The notes under the pieces: model-generated
Told to the model about the DNA's origin: nothing
What the model saw: only the letters and a program-made list of their open reading frames with translations
Databases searched by the model: none
Part shown: positions 37,032 through 47,547 of the stretch, one piece after another
Layout of the letters: the number at the start of each line of letters is the position of its first letter
How positions within the stretch are numbered: the first letter of the stretch is position 1
NCBI GenBank assembly: GCA_964523565.1
Contig: CAZGAK010000004.1
Coordinates: 12,933 to 76,932, forward strand
Direction: 5' to 3'
DNA from: an uncultured Syntrophaceae bacterium
GTDB taxonomy: Bacteria; Desulfobacterota; Syntrophia; Syntrophales; UBA6807
DNA length: 64,000 bases
Program-made: the position numbers and the translations under genes

Positions 37032-38951
37032 ATGATAAACAGATGGCAGAAAATATCAGGCATTTGTAGTCTAACCTTATTATTACTAATTGCCGGGTGT
37101 GCCGGCATACCGATTTTTGTAAAAGAAAAACCTCTCATTAGTCCCGATGAGATTCCTCGGGAGGTTCAATTACTATACAGCAGTGCGGAGAGGGCATTTG
37201 AGACAAAACGGATGGATGAGGCCCTTGATCTTTACGGAAAAATACTGGAACAGGTTCCAACGGGAGCAGTGGCGGTATTTTCACATATAAGGAGAGGCGA
37301 AATATTTGCGGCGAAAGGAGATTACAATAAGACGGTCCTGGAGTTACGTCACATCACCAAAAGGTTTGAAGATGATCCTCTATACAATGAGGCCCGGTTT
37401 CAACTTGTACGCTCCTATTCCAAATTGGGAAAATACGATCTATCAGAAAAGCTTGCCGAAGAACTTTTACGGGAGAAAATTCCATCGTATCGTGAGTCCG
37501 AGCTACAATCAATCATGGGGGACAATCTGATAGGAAGAGATAATGCCTTTGATGCCCTTTCGAGATATATGAGTGCTCTGAAAGAGAAACCGGACAAGGA
37601 GCTTACAAGCTATATAAAAACTAAAGTTGAAGATATTATCGGTCGACGTTTATCCCTCGAACAGCTTGAAACATTGAAGGAGAAATATAGATCCGGCTAT
37701 CCTTCGGGATATATACTTTATGCCTTGACTCGATCTTGCTACGAAACGAATGATATGACAAAGGCGAAAAAATCTTTAAAAAAATTCCTTACATATTACA
37801 GCGGACATCCTTATTATGAGGAGGGCATGAAGCTCCATCAACGGTTTACTGAAATGGAAGTGGTAGATCGCTACGCTGTAGGATGTTTACTGCCCTTAAC
37901 CGGAAAATTTGCCAACTATGGAAATATGGCGTTAGAATCTATTATCCTGGCCAGCGGTGTGTTTAATCCTGAAAGTAGTACTCCCATAAAGCTGATTGTT
38001 AAAGATACGAAAAGTAATCCGGAAACAGCCAGTGAAGCTGTTATTGAATTATTTACGGAGGATAGGGTTATCGGCATCATAGGACCAATGGGCAGCACCA
38101 CTGCTCTTGAGGCTGCAAAGGAAGCACAGAAATTAGGGCTTCCGATTCTCACGCTCACCCAGAGAGACGGGATAACGGAGGCAGGTGATTACGTTTTCCG
38201 AAATTTCCTCACCGCACTTATGCAGATAAAGGCACTGGTAAAATATTCTATCCGGAATCTCGGGATGACCAGTTTCGCTATTCTCTATCCGGAAGATAAT
38301 TATGGCATTGAAATGATGAATATATTCTGGAACGAAGTGCTGCTTTTGGGTGGAGAAATTCGGGGAGTGGAATCGTACAGCACCAAAAAGACTGATTTCG
38401 GAGACGAAATTAAATCGTTGACAGGCCTCAATTTTCAGGAGGGAGAGGGAGAAACAGAAGGGAAAGAACCAAAACCTGTCATTGACTTCGACGCTCTATT
38501 TATCCCCGATTCCTATAAAAGAGTATCTATGATCGCACCCCAACTGGCCTTTTATGATGCGACAGGTATTCAACTGCTTGGCACTAATGCCTGGAATTCA
38601 CCGGAGCTTCTCAAGATGGACACTGAACATCTGGAAGGGTCTATCTTCGTTGACGGTTTCTTCAGCAATAGCTATCTCCCTGCTGTGAGAAGTTTCATTG
38701 ATCATTTTTATGTCGCCTATGGCAGAGAGCCATCTGATATGGAAGCACTGGCGTATGACGCGGCAAGCATAGTTGCAGGTATTCTTAGAGATAATAATAT
38801 TGAAGTGAGAGACGATCTCAGGGATAACATGTTACAAATTAAAGATTATCCTGGGATAACGGGAAAAACCTCTTTTCTGAAAGAAGGGGATGTCCAGAAG
38901 TCTCTCTATGTTCTCATGGTAAAGAATAATGAGATTATTCAAATCAATTGA
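37032..38951 (+). CDS. Lipoprotein with TPR repeats fused to a type-I periplasmic binding domain (LpoA-like)
   Basis: Lipobox LLIAGC, a TPR-like N-terminal half, and a C-terminal half resembling Leu/Ile/Val-binding proteins (IGIIGPMGSTTALEAAK). Confidence 0.7.
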   Translation: MINRWQKISGICSLTLLLLIAGCAGIPIFVKEKPLISPDEIPREVQLLYSSAERAFETKRMDEALDLYGKILEQVPTGAVAVFSHIRRGEIFAAKGDYNKTVLELRHITKRFEDDPLYNEARFQLVRSYSKLGKYDLSEKLAEELLREKIPSYRESELQSIMGDNLIGRDNAFDALSRYMSALKEKPDKELTSYIKTKVEDIIGRRLSLEQLETLKEKYRSGYPSGYILYALTRSCYETNDMTKAKKSLKKFLTYYSGHPYYEEGMKLHQRFTEMEVVDRYAVGCLLPLTGKFANYGNMALESIILASGVFNPESSTPIKLIVKDTKSNPETASEAVIELFTEDRVIGIIGPMGSTTALEAAKEAQKLGLPILTLTQRDGITEAGDYVFRNFLTALMQIKALVKYSIRNLGMTSFAILYPEDNYGIEMMNIFWNEVLLLGGEIRGVESYSTKKTDFGDEIKSLTGLNFQEGEGETEGKEPKPVIDFDALFIPDSYKRVSMIAPQLAFYDATGIQLLGTNAWNSPELLKMDTEHLEGSIFVDGFFSNSYLPAVRSFIDHFYVAYGREPSDMEALAYDAASIVAGILRDNNIEVRDDLRDNMLQIKDYPGITGKTSFLKEGDVQKSLYVLMVKNNEIIQIN

Positions 38952-38968
38952 CGATCGGCACATTGTAT

Positions 38969-39742
38969 ATGAGACTTCTTCTTACGAATGATGATGGAAT
39001 ATATGCCAGAGGCTTGAATGCCCTCAATGAGGCACTATCCAGGGATGCAGAATGCTTAATTGTAGCACCTGAAAGAGAACAGAGCGCTGTGGGTCATGCG
39101 ATCACTCTTGCACGCCCGCTGATGATAAAGAAAGTTAGAAAAAACGGTGATTTTTTCGGGTATGCCGTTGACGGAACACCGGCGGATTGCGTAAAAATCG
39201 GGATTAAGGAATTGGTGAACAACCCTATAGATCTGGTTGTATCGGGGATCAATCTTGGGCCAAATGTGGGAATAGATGTGATTTATTCGGGAACGGTATC
39301 GGCAGCAACAGAAGCTGCTATTCTGGGCGTTCCATCTCTGGCTGTTTCTCTGGATACCCGGAGCGATAATGCAGACTTCTCCTTTGCGGCGAGGGTTGCC
39401 AGGAAACTGGCGTTATTCGTATTGAAGAACCACCTTTTGCTGAAGGGAGTTCCCTTAAATGTAAATATTCCTGCGATACCGGAAGATCAGATAAAAGGTG
39501 TTGTTGTTGCCAAACAGGGAAGTGCTCAATTGATAGAAACTTTTGAAAAAAGAGTAGATCCCAGAGAGAATGTATACTACTGGCTGACAGGAGAGACCCT
39601 CGTGACTGATATGGGAGAAACAACCGATTCTGATACTGTTGCTCTTAAGAGAGGGCTGATCACTATTACACCGATCCAGTATGATTTGACCAGGTATGAT
39701 GTGATGGCGGGTTTAACTGAAACAATAAAGGATCTTTTTTAA
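38969..39742 (+). CDS. surE: 5'/3'-nucleotidase SurE
   Basis: MRLLLTNDDGIYARG and GINLGPN motifs. Confidence 0.92.
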   Translation: MRLLLTNDDGIYARGLNALNEALSRDAECLIVAPEREQSAVGHAITLARPLMIKKVRKNGDFFGYAVDGTPADCVKIGIKELVNNPIDLVVSGINLGPNVGIDVIYSGTVSAATEAAILGVPSLAVSLDTRSDNADFSFAARVARKLALFVLKNHLLLKGVPLNVNIPAIPEDQIKGVVVAKQGSAQLIETFEKRVDPRENVYYWLTGETLVTDMGETTDSDTVALKRGLITITPIQYDLTRYDVMAGLTETIKDLF

Positions 39743-40578
39743 CGTATGAGGAGTACGGGAATATTACTTTTCCTTATCACATAGGATGTGGTGCTGCCTA
39801 ATATAAGCTCCCTGAGTCTGCCATGACCATACGCTCCCATGACCATTAATTCTACAGAGCCCTCCTGTATAAACCGAAGAATCTCCTGTTCTTCTCTCCC
39901 CTCCCTTACGATGAAACTACTTTCAATGTCATACGGCTTGAGGAATGAATCTATTTTCTCGCTCACCCCTGCAACACGAACAGGATCATCGGTAATGAGA
40001 AGAATAGACAGGGGCCAGTGCGTTTTACTGGATAGTTCAACAGCCAATTGTAAAGCGTTCTCAGACGGTTTACTTCCATCGTAGGCCAGTCCCATCCTGT
40101 TGATTTCCTGATAGTCGATGGGAGTAATCATGACAGGTTTTCCCGATTTGCGAACGACTGCTTCCGAAGTTGAGCCGAGAAGACCAACTCCCGTTAAGGG
40201 ATAGTGCTCACCTCTCTGGGCCAGAATAATCAAGTCCGTTTTTTTCCCCTCTTCAATGATCGTCTCGTCTATGAGTCCTGTTACTTTTTTCAATTCAGGC
40301 CGCAACCCAGCCTTTTCACACCTGCTTTGAAAGTCTTGAAGGATTGATTCAGCTCTTTCATCCAGACCGGTTTCTATAAGTGGAGTAAATTCCTGATAAG
40401 GGGACAAATCTATAAAGCCTGATATGTCGTTAAACATAGGCCCCTGAATTATCTTAATGTCCAGGACGCAGAGACCTGTCAGCCGGGCGCCCAGCCTTTT
40501 CGTGAAGTAGATTCCGTATTCAAGAGAAGTTTTGCTATAATCAGAACCATCTGTGGGAATTAATATACTTCCGAACAT
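39739..40578 (-). CDS. Tandem universal stress protein (two Usp domains)
   Basis: MFGSILIPTDGSDYSK start. It has two Usp halves, each ending G..G...LLGS(T/V). The track start at 40659 falls inside the MITE and was rejected. Confidence 0.85.
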   Translation of the reverse strand: MFGSILIPTDGSDYSKTSLEYGIYFTKRLGARLTGLCVLDIKIIQGPMFNDISGFIDLSPYQEFTPLIETGLDERAESILQDFQSRCEKAGLRPELKKVTGLIDETIIEEGKKTDLIILAQRGEHYPLTGVGLLGSTSEAVVRKSGKPVMITPIDYQEINRMGLAYDGSKPSENALQLAVELSSKTHWPLSILLITDDPVRVAGVSEKIDSFLKPYDIESSFIVREGREEQEILRFIQEGSVELMVMGAYGHGRLRELILGSTTSYVIRKSNIPVLLIR

Positions 40579-40636
40579 TACAACACCTTTGAATCTAATG
40601 AAAATATCTGTTGACAGGTCATCTGTTTTATCATTT

Positions 40637-40780
40637 TGAGACCTTTGAGAAATGTTCAATTTCGTTCAAGTTCAAGGAAGGCGACAATTTTAACCGCAGG
40701 AATACATTGAGTATTTTGAGGATTAAAATTTGAGCCTGACGCCGAAATTGAGCGAAAGGGGGCGTTTTGCAAAGGTCTCA
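40637..40780 (-). mobile_element. MITE-like element, family 2 (144 bp)
   Basis: TIRs TGAGACCTTTGAGAA...TTTGCAAAGGTCTCA. The reverse complement aligns along the full length with 45922-46065. Confidence 0.75.
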
Positions 40781-40823
40781 TTTTTTTATCGCTATCCCGG
40801 CACATATATTGAAGATAAATCTT

Positions 40824-41183
40824 TCATTGAACATTCTGCGCTTCTGTTTCTTTTACACCAGTTGGAATAAGACATATGAAACGAAAGATATCTTCGCTCT
40901 TGTTGACCAGGCAGTGTTTTTCGTTGGCAGGAATAAAAATAGTATCGCCTTCCCTGATGGGGGTTTCCCCGTCTGTATCATCTTTAATGACAGCCTTTCC
41001 ATTTAAGACAAATACTTCGTGTTCCCAAGGATGAGTATGATACGGGCTCGATGCCCCCGGATTAAGATCAAAAATTCTCATAATGAAATTAGGTGCACCT
41101 TCATTGTCACCTATAACAACTCTTTTTTTGACACCCTCCATCAACTCTACGGCTTCTATGTCTTCATAATTGCGGACAATCAC
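40824..41183 (-). CDS. Cupin-domain protein
   Basis: 119 aa with cupin motifs SSPYHTHPWEHEVFVLNG and GDTIFIPANEKH. Confidence 0.8.
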   Translation of the reverse strand: MIVRNYEDIEAVELMEGVKKRVVIGDNEGAPNFIMRIFDLNPGASSPYHTHPWEHEVFVLNGKAVIKDDTDGETPIREGDTIFIPANEKHCLVNKSEDIFRFICLIPTGVKETEAQNVQ

Positions 41184-41303
41184 AGGAAAACTCCTTTTTT
41201 TTGTAAAGTTATCTCATTTTTCGGTTCAAGTCGAGGAAAAAGTAAATAAAGGACAGGAACTTTAAGCTGAAAGTGTTCTTTTTAAAGCGCATGATCATAC
41301 AGA

Positions 41304-41340
41304 CAAAAAAAAGGGTAGCGGTTTGTTCCGTTACCCTTTT
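41304..41340 (-). terminator. Rho-independent terminator after the MopB gene
   Basis: Minus sense: GGGTAACGG-loop-CCGCTACCC followed by T8. Confidence 0.7.
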
Positions 41341-41366
41341 ATCTTAAGTCATGGCAGTAGTGAAAA

Positions 41367-43448
41367 TTACTCTTTCAGGCCTATTCTGCAGCCAATCCCC
41401 TTCAAGTTGGGTGTGCCGTATTCTTTACCAAGTTTTTCCGTAGAGGTAAGCATATTAAGGTTCGATTTTTCCCATCCATATTGAGATTCCGGTGACTCCT
41501 CAGGAAACCACCACCCATGAGATGCATTAATAATCCTGGGATCAACAGTATCAGTCAGATTTGCAACTTGCATAATCTTGCCGTTCCTGGTTTCAATAAC
41601 TACCTCATCACCATCCTTGATACCATACTTCCCGGCCGTTTCAGGATGAATCTCAACTTTCGGGTGCGGTCTCATCTTCCTTAATTTTTCGACCCACCTG
41701 TAAGATGAATGGAGATAATAGCGACTCTTGGAACTCGTTAACAAGAGAGGATATTCAGGATCATCATCTTCCGGAAGACCGCTGAATTCAGGTAAGGGCT
41801 TTAATCTGAATTTCTCAGCCGTACTCAACCTTAACTCTACCTTGCCGGTAGGAGTTCGAAATCCCTTTTCTTCGTAAAGTTTGAATCTGTCAGGACCTTT
41901 CAAATAACCCTTTTCAACGAACTGGCTGTATGTCAGACCGGCCGGCTTGACAATGTCTTCCAGGAATTCTTCGTAATCGTCATGCCATAATTCCGGTGGA
42001 CTAACGAGCTTGCCCAGTTCATTCATGATTTTCATATCCGGCCAGCATTCTTCCGGGGGATCAACTACTTTAGGCCGGGCGACGATAAAACCGTGGCCGA
42101 TACCGTAATGGCCGATGTCGTTAATTTCGAACTGGCTTGCAACAGGCAGAACAATATCTGCCATGGCCGCCGTAGGGGTCATAAACAAATCGGCAATTGC
42201 TATGAAATCAAGATTCATGAATGCCTCATAGGTCTGGCGGCTGTCGGCATAAGACAACATAGGATTAGCACACATGGCATAGAATCCCTTAACCGGATAA
42301 GGAACACCTTCGAGAATGGCCTTTTTAAAGAACGACGGCGCAATGGTCATCAGTCGGGGAATGATGCGATGATAAGCACTGATCATTTCCTTTCTCTTGT
42401 CGGGGATAAGATCGGCACGGACAAACGGTCCCAATCCCATGATCTTCGGGTCATGGGCTGCAACATTTCCACCCGCAACATCAAGATTACCCGTTATCGC
42501 CATTAAACAGATAAGTGCTCTTACTGTATCGAAGGTATGGATATTGTGTTCAACCGGATTCCCCCACTGGATAACAGCCGGCTTTGATGTGGCATAAAGT
42601 CTTGCCGTCTCTCTGATGAGATCTGCTGGAACCCAGGTTATCCCGGAGACTTTTTCCGGTGTATATTGTTTGACGTGCTCTGCGAGATCCTCAAAACCAT
42701 AAGTCCATTTTTCAACAAACTCCTTGTCGTACAAGGATTCTTCGATGATGACGTTTAAGAGTGCCAGGGCAAGCGCGTGATCCGTTCCCGGTCTTATTTG
42801 AAGCCACTTCTTTGCCTTACCGACCATATCAATCTTTCTCGGATCAATGACAACCAGCTCTGTTCCCTGTTTTAGCTGCTCCAGCAGCAAGCTGCATATT
42901 TCCCCCTCTTCATTTGTAGAAGTAATATTGCTTGCCCACAGGATAACCAGTTTGCTTTTTTGATGAAAATCCGCCACAGGATAAAAACCGCAGGTATGGA
43001 TACCTGTTATCTCACGAGGGGCATGACATACGTCCTGGGATGCGATAACGTTGGGAGAACCGAAAAGGTTGGCGAGACGGATCAGGACAAAGTGTTCCAG
43101 GCCTTTGGGCATACCAACACCAAAAGCAACGCCCCTTGCACCGTATTCTTCTTTTATTTTATTCAGGTTCTCAGCTGTGTATTGAAGGGCCTCTTCCCAG
43201 GAAATCCTTTCCCATTTCCCTTCGCCTCGTTTTCCTGCTCTTTTCAAAGGATACTTGAGACGATCAGGGTGTGTGAGACGATCGGGTGATGCCACTCCCT
43301 TGGGACATATATATCCCTTGTTTAAAAATCCGTCCGGATCTCCTTTGACTTTTACAATTTCATTGTCCTTCACACCAACCAATAAACCACATCCGCCGTG
43401 GTCCATTCGCGCGCAGTGGGTTTTCACCCAGCGTATATCATCTCCCAT
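41367..43448 (-). CDS. Molybdopterin (bis-MGD) oxidoreductase, cytoplasmic, MopB superfamily
   Basis: 693 aa. The N-terminal Fe-S-like segment is HCARMDHGGCG...CPKG, followed by MopB core motifs and a C-terminal beta-barrel (EVVIETRNGKI). No Tat signal. Confidence 0.85.
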   Translation of the reverse strand: MGDDIRWVKTHCARMDHGGCGLLVGVKDNEIVKVKGDPDGFLNKGYICPKGVASPDRLTHPDRLKYPLKRAGKRGEGKWERISWEEALQYTAENLNKIKEEYGARGVAFGVGMPKGLEHFVLIRLANLFGSPNVIASQDVCHAPREITGIHTCGFYPVADFHQKSKLVILWASNITSTNEEGEICSLLLEQLKQGTELVVIDPRKIDMVGKAKKWLQIRPGTDHALALALLNVIIEESLYDKEFVEKWTYGFEDLAEHVKQYTPEKVSGITWVPADLIRETARLYATSKPAVIQWGNPVEHNIHTFDTVRALICLMAITGNLDVAGGNVAAHDPKIMGLGPFVRADLIPDKRKEMISAYHRIIPRLMTIAPSFFKKAILEGVPYPVKGFYAMCANPMLSYADSRQTYEAFMNLDFIAIADLFMTPTAAMADIVLPVASQFEINDIGHYGIGHGFIVARPKVVDPPEECWPDMKIMNELGKLVSPPELWHDDYEEFLEDIVKPAGLTYSQFVEKGYLKGPDRFKLYEEKGFRTPTGKVELRLSTAEKFRLKPLPEFSGLPEDDDPEYPLLLTSSKSRYYLHSSYRWVEKLRKMRPHPKVEIHPETAGKYGIKDGDEVVIETRNGKIMQVANLTDTVDPRIINASHGWWFPEESPESQYGWEKSNLNMLTSTEKLGKEYGTPNLKGIGCRIGLKE

Positions 43449-43664
43449 TTAAAACTCTCTCCTTATTTTAATTGAACTACTCCGATGTTGCCAGTTCGTA
43501 TAATCATTCAATGTACACTAAATCCTCTTTATAAAGACTGTAGATTAAGCATTTGAAACCTGAAAAGGATATTTTGACCTTCCAGTGCAACTAAATTAAA
43601 ATATTTCCATATGAACAGATAATTACCGAAAATACAACATAGTCACCTTTGTCTGATCCAGACC

Positions 43665-44372
43665 TTACTGATCCTCCGGTTTCGAGTCAAACCGCCGCCT
43701 CGCGGGAAGTTTTTTATCCTTTAACGAGCCCTTTATAAGATTGATGATCTTGTCAGCCTCTAAATATTGGGTATTTATCACCAAGTCGTAATAACAGGAA
43801 TCATCTATATCAACATGGAAATTCTTTCTTATAAAAGCCTTTCTATCCGATTCTTCTTTAATAATTTGCTGTTTGGCTTTCTCTGTAGAAATATTGAGTT
43901 CCTTTGCCAAATTCTGGACTCTGACATCCATTGGAGCTATGAACCGCACTCTTAATGTCTCTTCGGGTGGAAGGACCATATTAGCGCCTCTCCCTAAAAT
44001 GACCGCACCACCATGTTTTCCTATTGTACCGATAACCCTTGTAAGATGGTGCATATATTCATCTGTCGAGAACCAGCGAACTACTTTCAGGAACTGTATC
44101 CAGTTATCGAGAATACTACGTTCCTTTTCATCCAGAGATGAGACAACCTTCTCACTCATACTGGAACTCTGGGCAACTTCCTGGATAATCTGACGGTCGA
44201 ACAGATCAATTTTTAGCTCTTCTGCAATCCGCCTGGCCAAAGCATGGCCTTCACAGCCAGGCTCTCTCGAAATCGTAATAACCGGTCCTGGTGGTTCTTG
44301 TTTTTTCCTTCTCCTGTCAGTCGCTTGCTGCCACTTACGCGCCTGTTCGTCAATCATACGTTCTAAAGTCAT
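43665..44372 (-). CDS. Cytidylate kinase-like family protein
   Basis: VITISREPGCEGHALARRIAEEL P-loop-like N-terminus, typical of the CMP-kinase-like family. Confidence 0.65.
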   Translation of the reverse strand: MTLERMIDEQARKWQQATDRRRKKQEPPGPVITISREPGCEGHALARRIAEELKIDLFDRQIIQEVAQSSSMSEKVVSSLDEKERSILDNWIQFLKVVRWFSTDEYMHHLTRVIGTIGKHGGAVILGRGANMVLPPEETLRVRFIAPMDVRVQNLAKELNISTEKAKQQIIKEESDRKAFIRKNFHVDIDDSCYYDLVINTQYLEADKIINLIKGSLKDKKLPARRRFDSKPEDQ

Positions 44373-44581
44373 TGTGCCTCCTCGCTCTTTTATTTTCCAG
44401 CGGGTTCAGATTGGTAAAATCTTTCCCTAAGAACAATCATACGAATTGCTTAACGGCAAATCATTTATTTAATTTTCAAGGCTTTGTCAAGATTAAAGGT
44501 ATAAATTCTATTGGAAAGTAGCCTGTATATCAAGTGAAAAAAGTGATCTTGACATAAATTGTGCTTTGATAACGAGTGGCT

Positions 44582-45529
44582 TCACGCCCGGTATTTATCG
44601 AGGAATAAATGCCACAGGGTGAGCAGTCGAACCGCAACTATGGCCACTAACAGGCGCGGTATCCAGAGCCAGAGCGGACTGATGCCGAGAGGCAAAAAGA
44701 GAGAAGGGTCTTCAATCATTGCATGGTTAATGCCTATGGAAAGGTGCAACTCTTCCAGTTCTTCCTTGGTCAGTTCTCCGTTTCTTACTTCCTCGACAAT
44801 GACGGCCCCTCCGTAAGCCAAACCGAAAATGACAGCTGTCACCCATAGAACACCGACTCTGTGACTCAGCCCCATGGCTTTCAAAAGAGGTGAAAGAAAC
44901 CGGACTATATGGTCGACCCACCCAAAGGATTTCATTATTTCCAACATCGTTAAAATAAACATTATAATGAAAAAGATTTTAATGATCAGATTTATTGTAA
45001 TTATAGCCCAATCTTTCAGCATTGTTGAAAAAGGCTGAGAAGCAGGGGAAGATGGTCCGTCTATTGACATTTGAGCTGTGGGGCTCACATCGAGAAGTTG
45101 TGCTACGATCATTATGGTAATGGTGGCGACAACAAGACGGAAAAGAGTGGCTTTCAAGGGATGAATGCCTGATTTTCCCTGTATTACACCCTCCTGTATA
45201 AGGTTATGGGCGATGAGGAGAAAAATGGCTATCAGGGTCATTTGTTCTATAGAAAGGGGAAGAACAGCCATAGAGGCAACACCACCGTAAATTCCCGTGA
45301 GCATCCCGATAATGAGCGGCAACGCCGCCATAGCCGGCAGTCCGAAAATATCCATAACAGGTTGAACAAGGAAGTTGACCTTTTGAATCAAACCACTCCA
45401 CGCCAGGAGGGCCGTTAAAAAAGAAATTGGGATAATGATTTTCATCATCCAGATATATCCACGCCACCCCTTATTCACACCTGTCATAATGGCTGTTTTT
45501 AATTGATTGCTTTTAATAGTGTTTTTCAT
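44582..45529 (-). CDS. Nucleoside-recognition (Gate) domain membrane protein
   Basis: Polytopic, with FeoB-C/Gate-like segments. ATG at 45529 is preferred over the alternative start at 45550. Confidence 0.65.
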   Translation of the reverse strand: MKNTIKSNQLKTAIMTGVNKGWRGYIWMMKIIIPISFLTALLAWSGLIQKVNFLVQPVMDIFGLPAMAALPLIIGMLTGIYGGVASMAVLPLSIEQMTLIAIFLLIAHNLIQEGVIQGKSGIHPLKATLFRLVVATITIMIVAQLLDVSPTAQMSIDGPSSPASQPFSTMLKDWAIITINLIIKIFFIIMFILTMLEIMKSFGWVDHIVRFLSPLLKAMGLSHRVGVLWVTAVIFGLAYGGAVIVEEVRNGELTKEELEELHLSIGINHAMIEDPSLFLPLGISPLWLWIPRLLVAIVAVRLLTLWHLFLDKYRA

Positions 45530-45746
45530 GGAAGGGTGTATATCAAACAAAAGGGGAGAATGGCAATGGGAAAGAGAAAGTACGGTACAACCATTTCACA
45601 AGGAAAATTACAATGGATATATCCACACATAGAGACATCAGCAGTATGGTATGTTCACTGCTGATCACCAGATCAGCCAAATGACTCCGGCAGTTTTCGT
45701 CCTTGTTAAAATACGTTAAACATGTATGTCGTTTTGATTAAAACGC

Positions 45747-45872
45747 TTATGAGGCCTTGTCAGGATTGGCGGGAGGCAACAAGCCCTTTCCCCGAAGCTT
45801 CAATCTTTTTTTGCGGCGCCGTCGTCTTCTATCTATTTCTTTTGCACGTTCCTGTTTTTTATGTTTTGCCAT
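45747..45872 (-). CDS. Possible small arginine-rich protein (41 aa)
   Basis: Hand-translated as MAKHKKQERAKEIDRRRRRRKKRLKLRGKGLLPPANPDKAS. The SD AGAGGTG lies 5 nt upstream of the ATG. Confidence 0.35.
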   Translation of the reverse strand: MAKHKKQERAKEIDRRRRRRKKRLKLRGKGLLPPANPDKAS

Positions 45873-45921
45873 GGACACCTCTTTTTTTATTGTCGTGATG
45901 TCTTCCTTTACTTACACACTC

Positions 45922-46065
45922 TGAGACCTTTGCATAACGTCCCCTTTTGCCCAATTTCTGCGTCAGACTCAAATTTTAATCCTCGAAATATCCAATATAT
46001 TCCTGTGGTTAAAATCTTCACCTTCCTTGAACTTGAACAAAATTGAACATTCTGCAAAGGTCTCA
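45922..46065 (+). mobile_element. MITE-like element, family 2 (144 bp)
   Basis: TIRs TGAGACCTTTGCA...TGCAAAGGTCTCA, flanked by CTC on both sides. Confidence 0.75.
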
Positions 46066-46230
46066 CTCTATGGATGACAGCTTATACACCATTGCGGAAA
46101 ATTATCAAAGAGATATGTGAATTTTTAAAAAATTATGTTTAGGATGTGAAATGCAGGGTTGTAAAAATTTATAATATCCCGTAATAAAAATATTATTCTC
46201 TGTATACTTGTGTCACGGGGTTTTTCTAAA

Positions 46231-47382
46231 ATGTATGATTTGCTTATTGTGGGAGGCGGACCTTCCGGATCATCGGCAGGCAGGTTGGCCGGACAAAAGG
46301 GATTAAAGACACTTTTAATCGAAAAAGAAACATTCCCGCGGTATAAACCCTGTGGGGGGGCGCTCTCGGAACAGGCATTATCCTGCCTCGACTTTCCCCT
46401 CCCTGAATCCATTCGGGAAAGGGAGGTATTCGGGGTAAGGATGCATTTTAAGGGGACTGTAATAGAAAGTTATAAAAAATCCCGAATGGCAACAATGGTA
46501 ACGAGGAGTGCCCTGGATAGTTATCTCCTCGAAAAGGGGAAGGAAGCGGGGATAGAGGTAAAAACAGGAGAAAAAGTTCTTGATTATAGGGAAAAGGACT
46601 CCTTTGTGGAGATTTACACTAACGAGCAGATTTACAGGGCAAAGTTCGTCATTATCGGAGAAGGTTCTCAGGGAAAACTAAAAAGCAAGATAAGAAAGAT
46701 AGACGCAAAGGGTGAATATGGTATCTGTATCGTAACAGAAGTGGAAGAAGAGAATGAAAAGATTGACAAATATATGCCCGGAGCTATTGAGATTCATTTT
46801 GATGTAATGGATATGGGCTATGGGTGGATATTCCCCCACGAAAATTATTATTCAGTCGGAATTGGTGCATTTGCGAACAAATTGTCCGATCCAAAAAGAG
46901 TAATGAGAGAATTTTTGAAGAAAAACGGATTCAATGGCAACTATCGATTAAGGGGGCATACCATTCCTGCAGGTGGTATAAAGCGGAACGTTATTGGTTC
47001 ACGGGTTGTCCTGATTGGTGACGCGGCAGGATTCGTGGATCCATTCGCCGGAGAAGGGATAGCTTATGCCATCAGGTCGGGGCAGATTGCGGTAGAGGTA
47101 ATCGCTGAAATCGTACATCAAAATATAGGGCTGGAGAAACTGAGAAATTACGAAAATATCTGTCAGCGTGAATTTGTAAATAATTTTAAATATGCCTTGA
47201 TAACGGTGAAAATGATGTATCGTTTCCCCGATTTTTTCTTTAAAATCCTGACCGGCAACTATGAAGTATTTGAAAAATTTACTGATATTCCTACTTTAAA
47301 AAGGCAATATCGCAGCTACCTTGAATGGCTGGTCCCGAGATTGCCTAAATATCTTCTCTCCATGATGGTTTCTCGTCGCTAA
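46231..47382 (+). CDS. Geranylgeranyl reductase family FAD-dependent oxidoreductase
   Basis: MYDLLIVGGGPSGSSAGRLAG Rossmann motif, and GDAAGFVDPFAGEGI. Confidence 0.8.
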   Translation: MYDLLIVGGGPSGSSAGRLAGQKGLKTLLIEKETFPRYKPCGGALSEQALSCLDFPLPESIREREVFGVRMHFKGTVIESYKKSRMATMVTRSALDSYLLEKGKEAGIEVKTGEKVLDYREKDSFVEIYTNEQIYRAKFVIIGEGSQGKLKSKIRKIDAKGEYGICIVTEVEEENEKIDKYMPGAIEIHFDVMDMGYGWIFPHENYYSVGIGAFANKLSDPKRVMREFLKKNGFNGNYRLRGHTIPAGGIKRNVIGSRVVLIGDAAGFVDPFAGEGIAYAIRSGQIAVEVIAEIVHQNIGLEKLRNYENICQREFVNNFKYALITVKMMYRFPDFFFKILTGNYEVFEKFTDIPTLKRQYRSYLEWLVPRLPKYLLSMMVSRR

Positions 47383-47547
47383 ACTCACAAAGAATCCTTA
47401 TAGCCCCCGGGCAGTCGTTCATATGTCAACTATAACTACAATCCAGGTTGACAATGAAAAAAGGGGGTGGTAATAAGACCATGCCTTAGGGGAAGACCTT
47501 AACTTTTGGCAGGTTTCGGCAGACCCCGGAAGTCCAGAGGACGAATC

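Noticed and set aside
40579-40659. N-terminal extension of the tandem Usp ORF
   Set aside because: The extension starts inside the family-2 MITE TIR. The conserved Usp N-terminus MFGSILIPTDGS begins at 40578.
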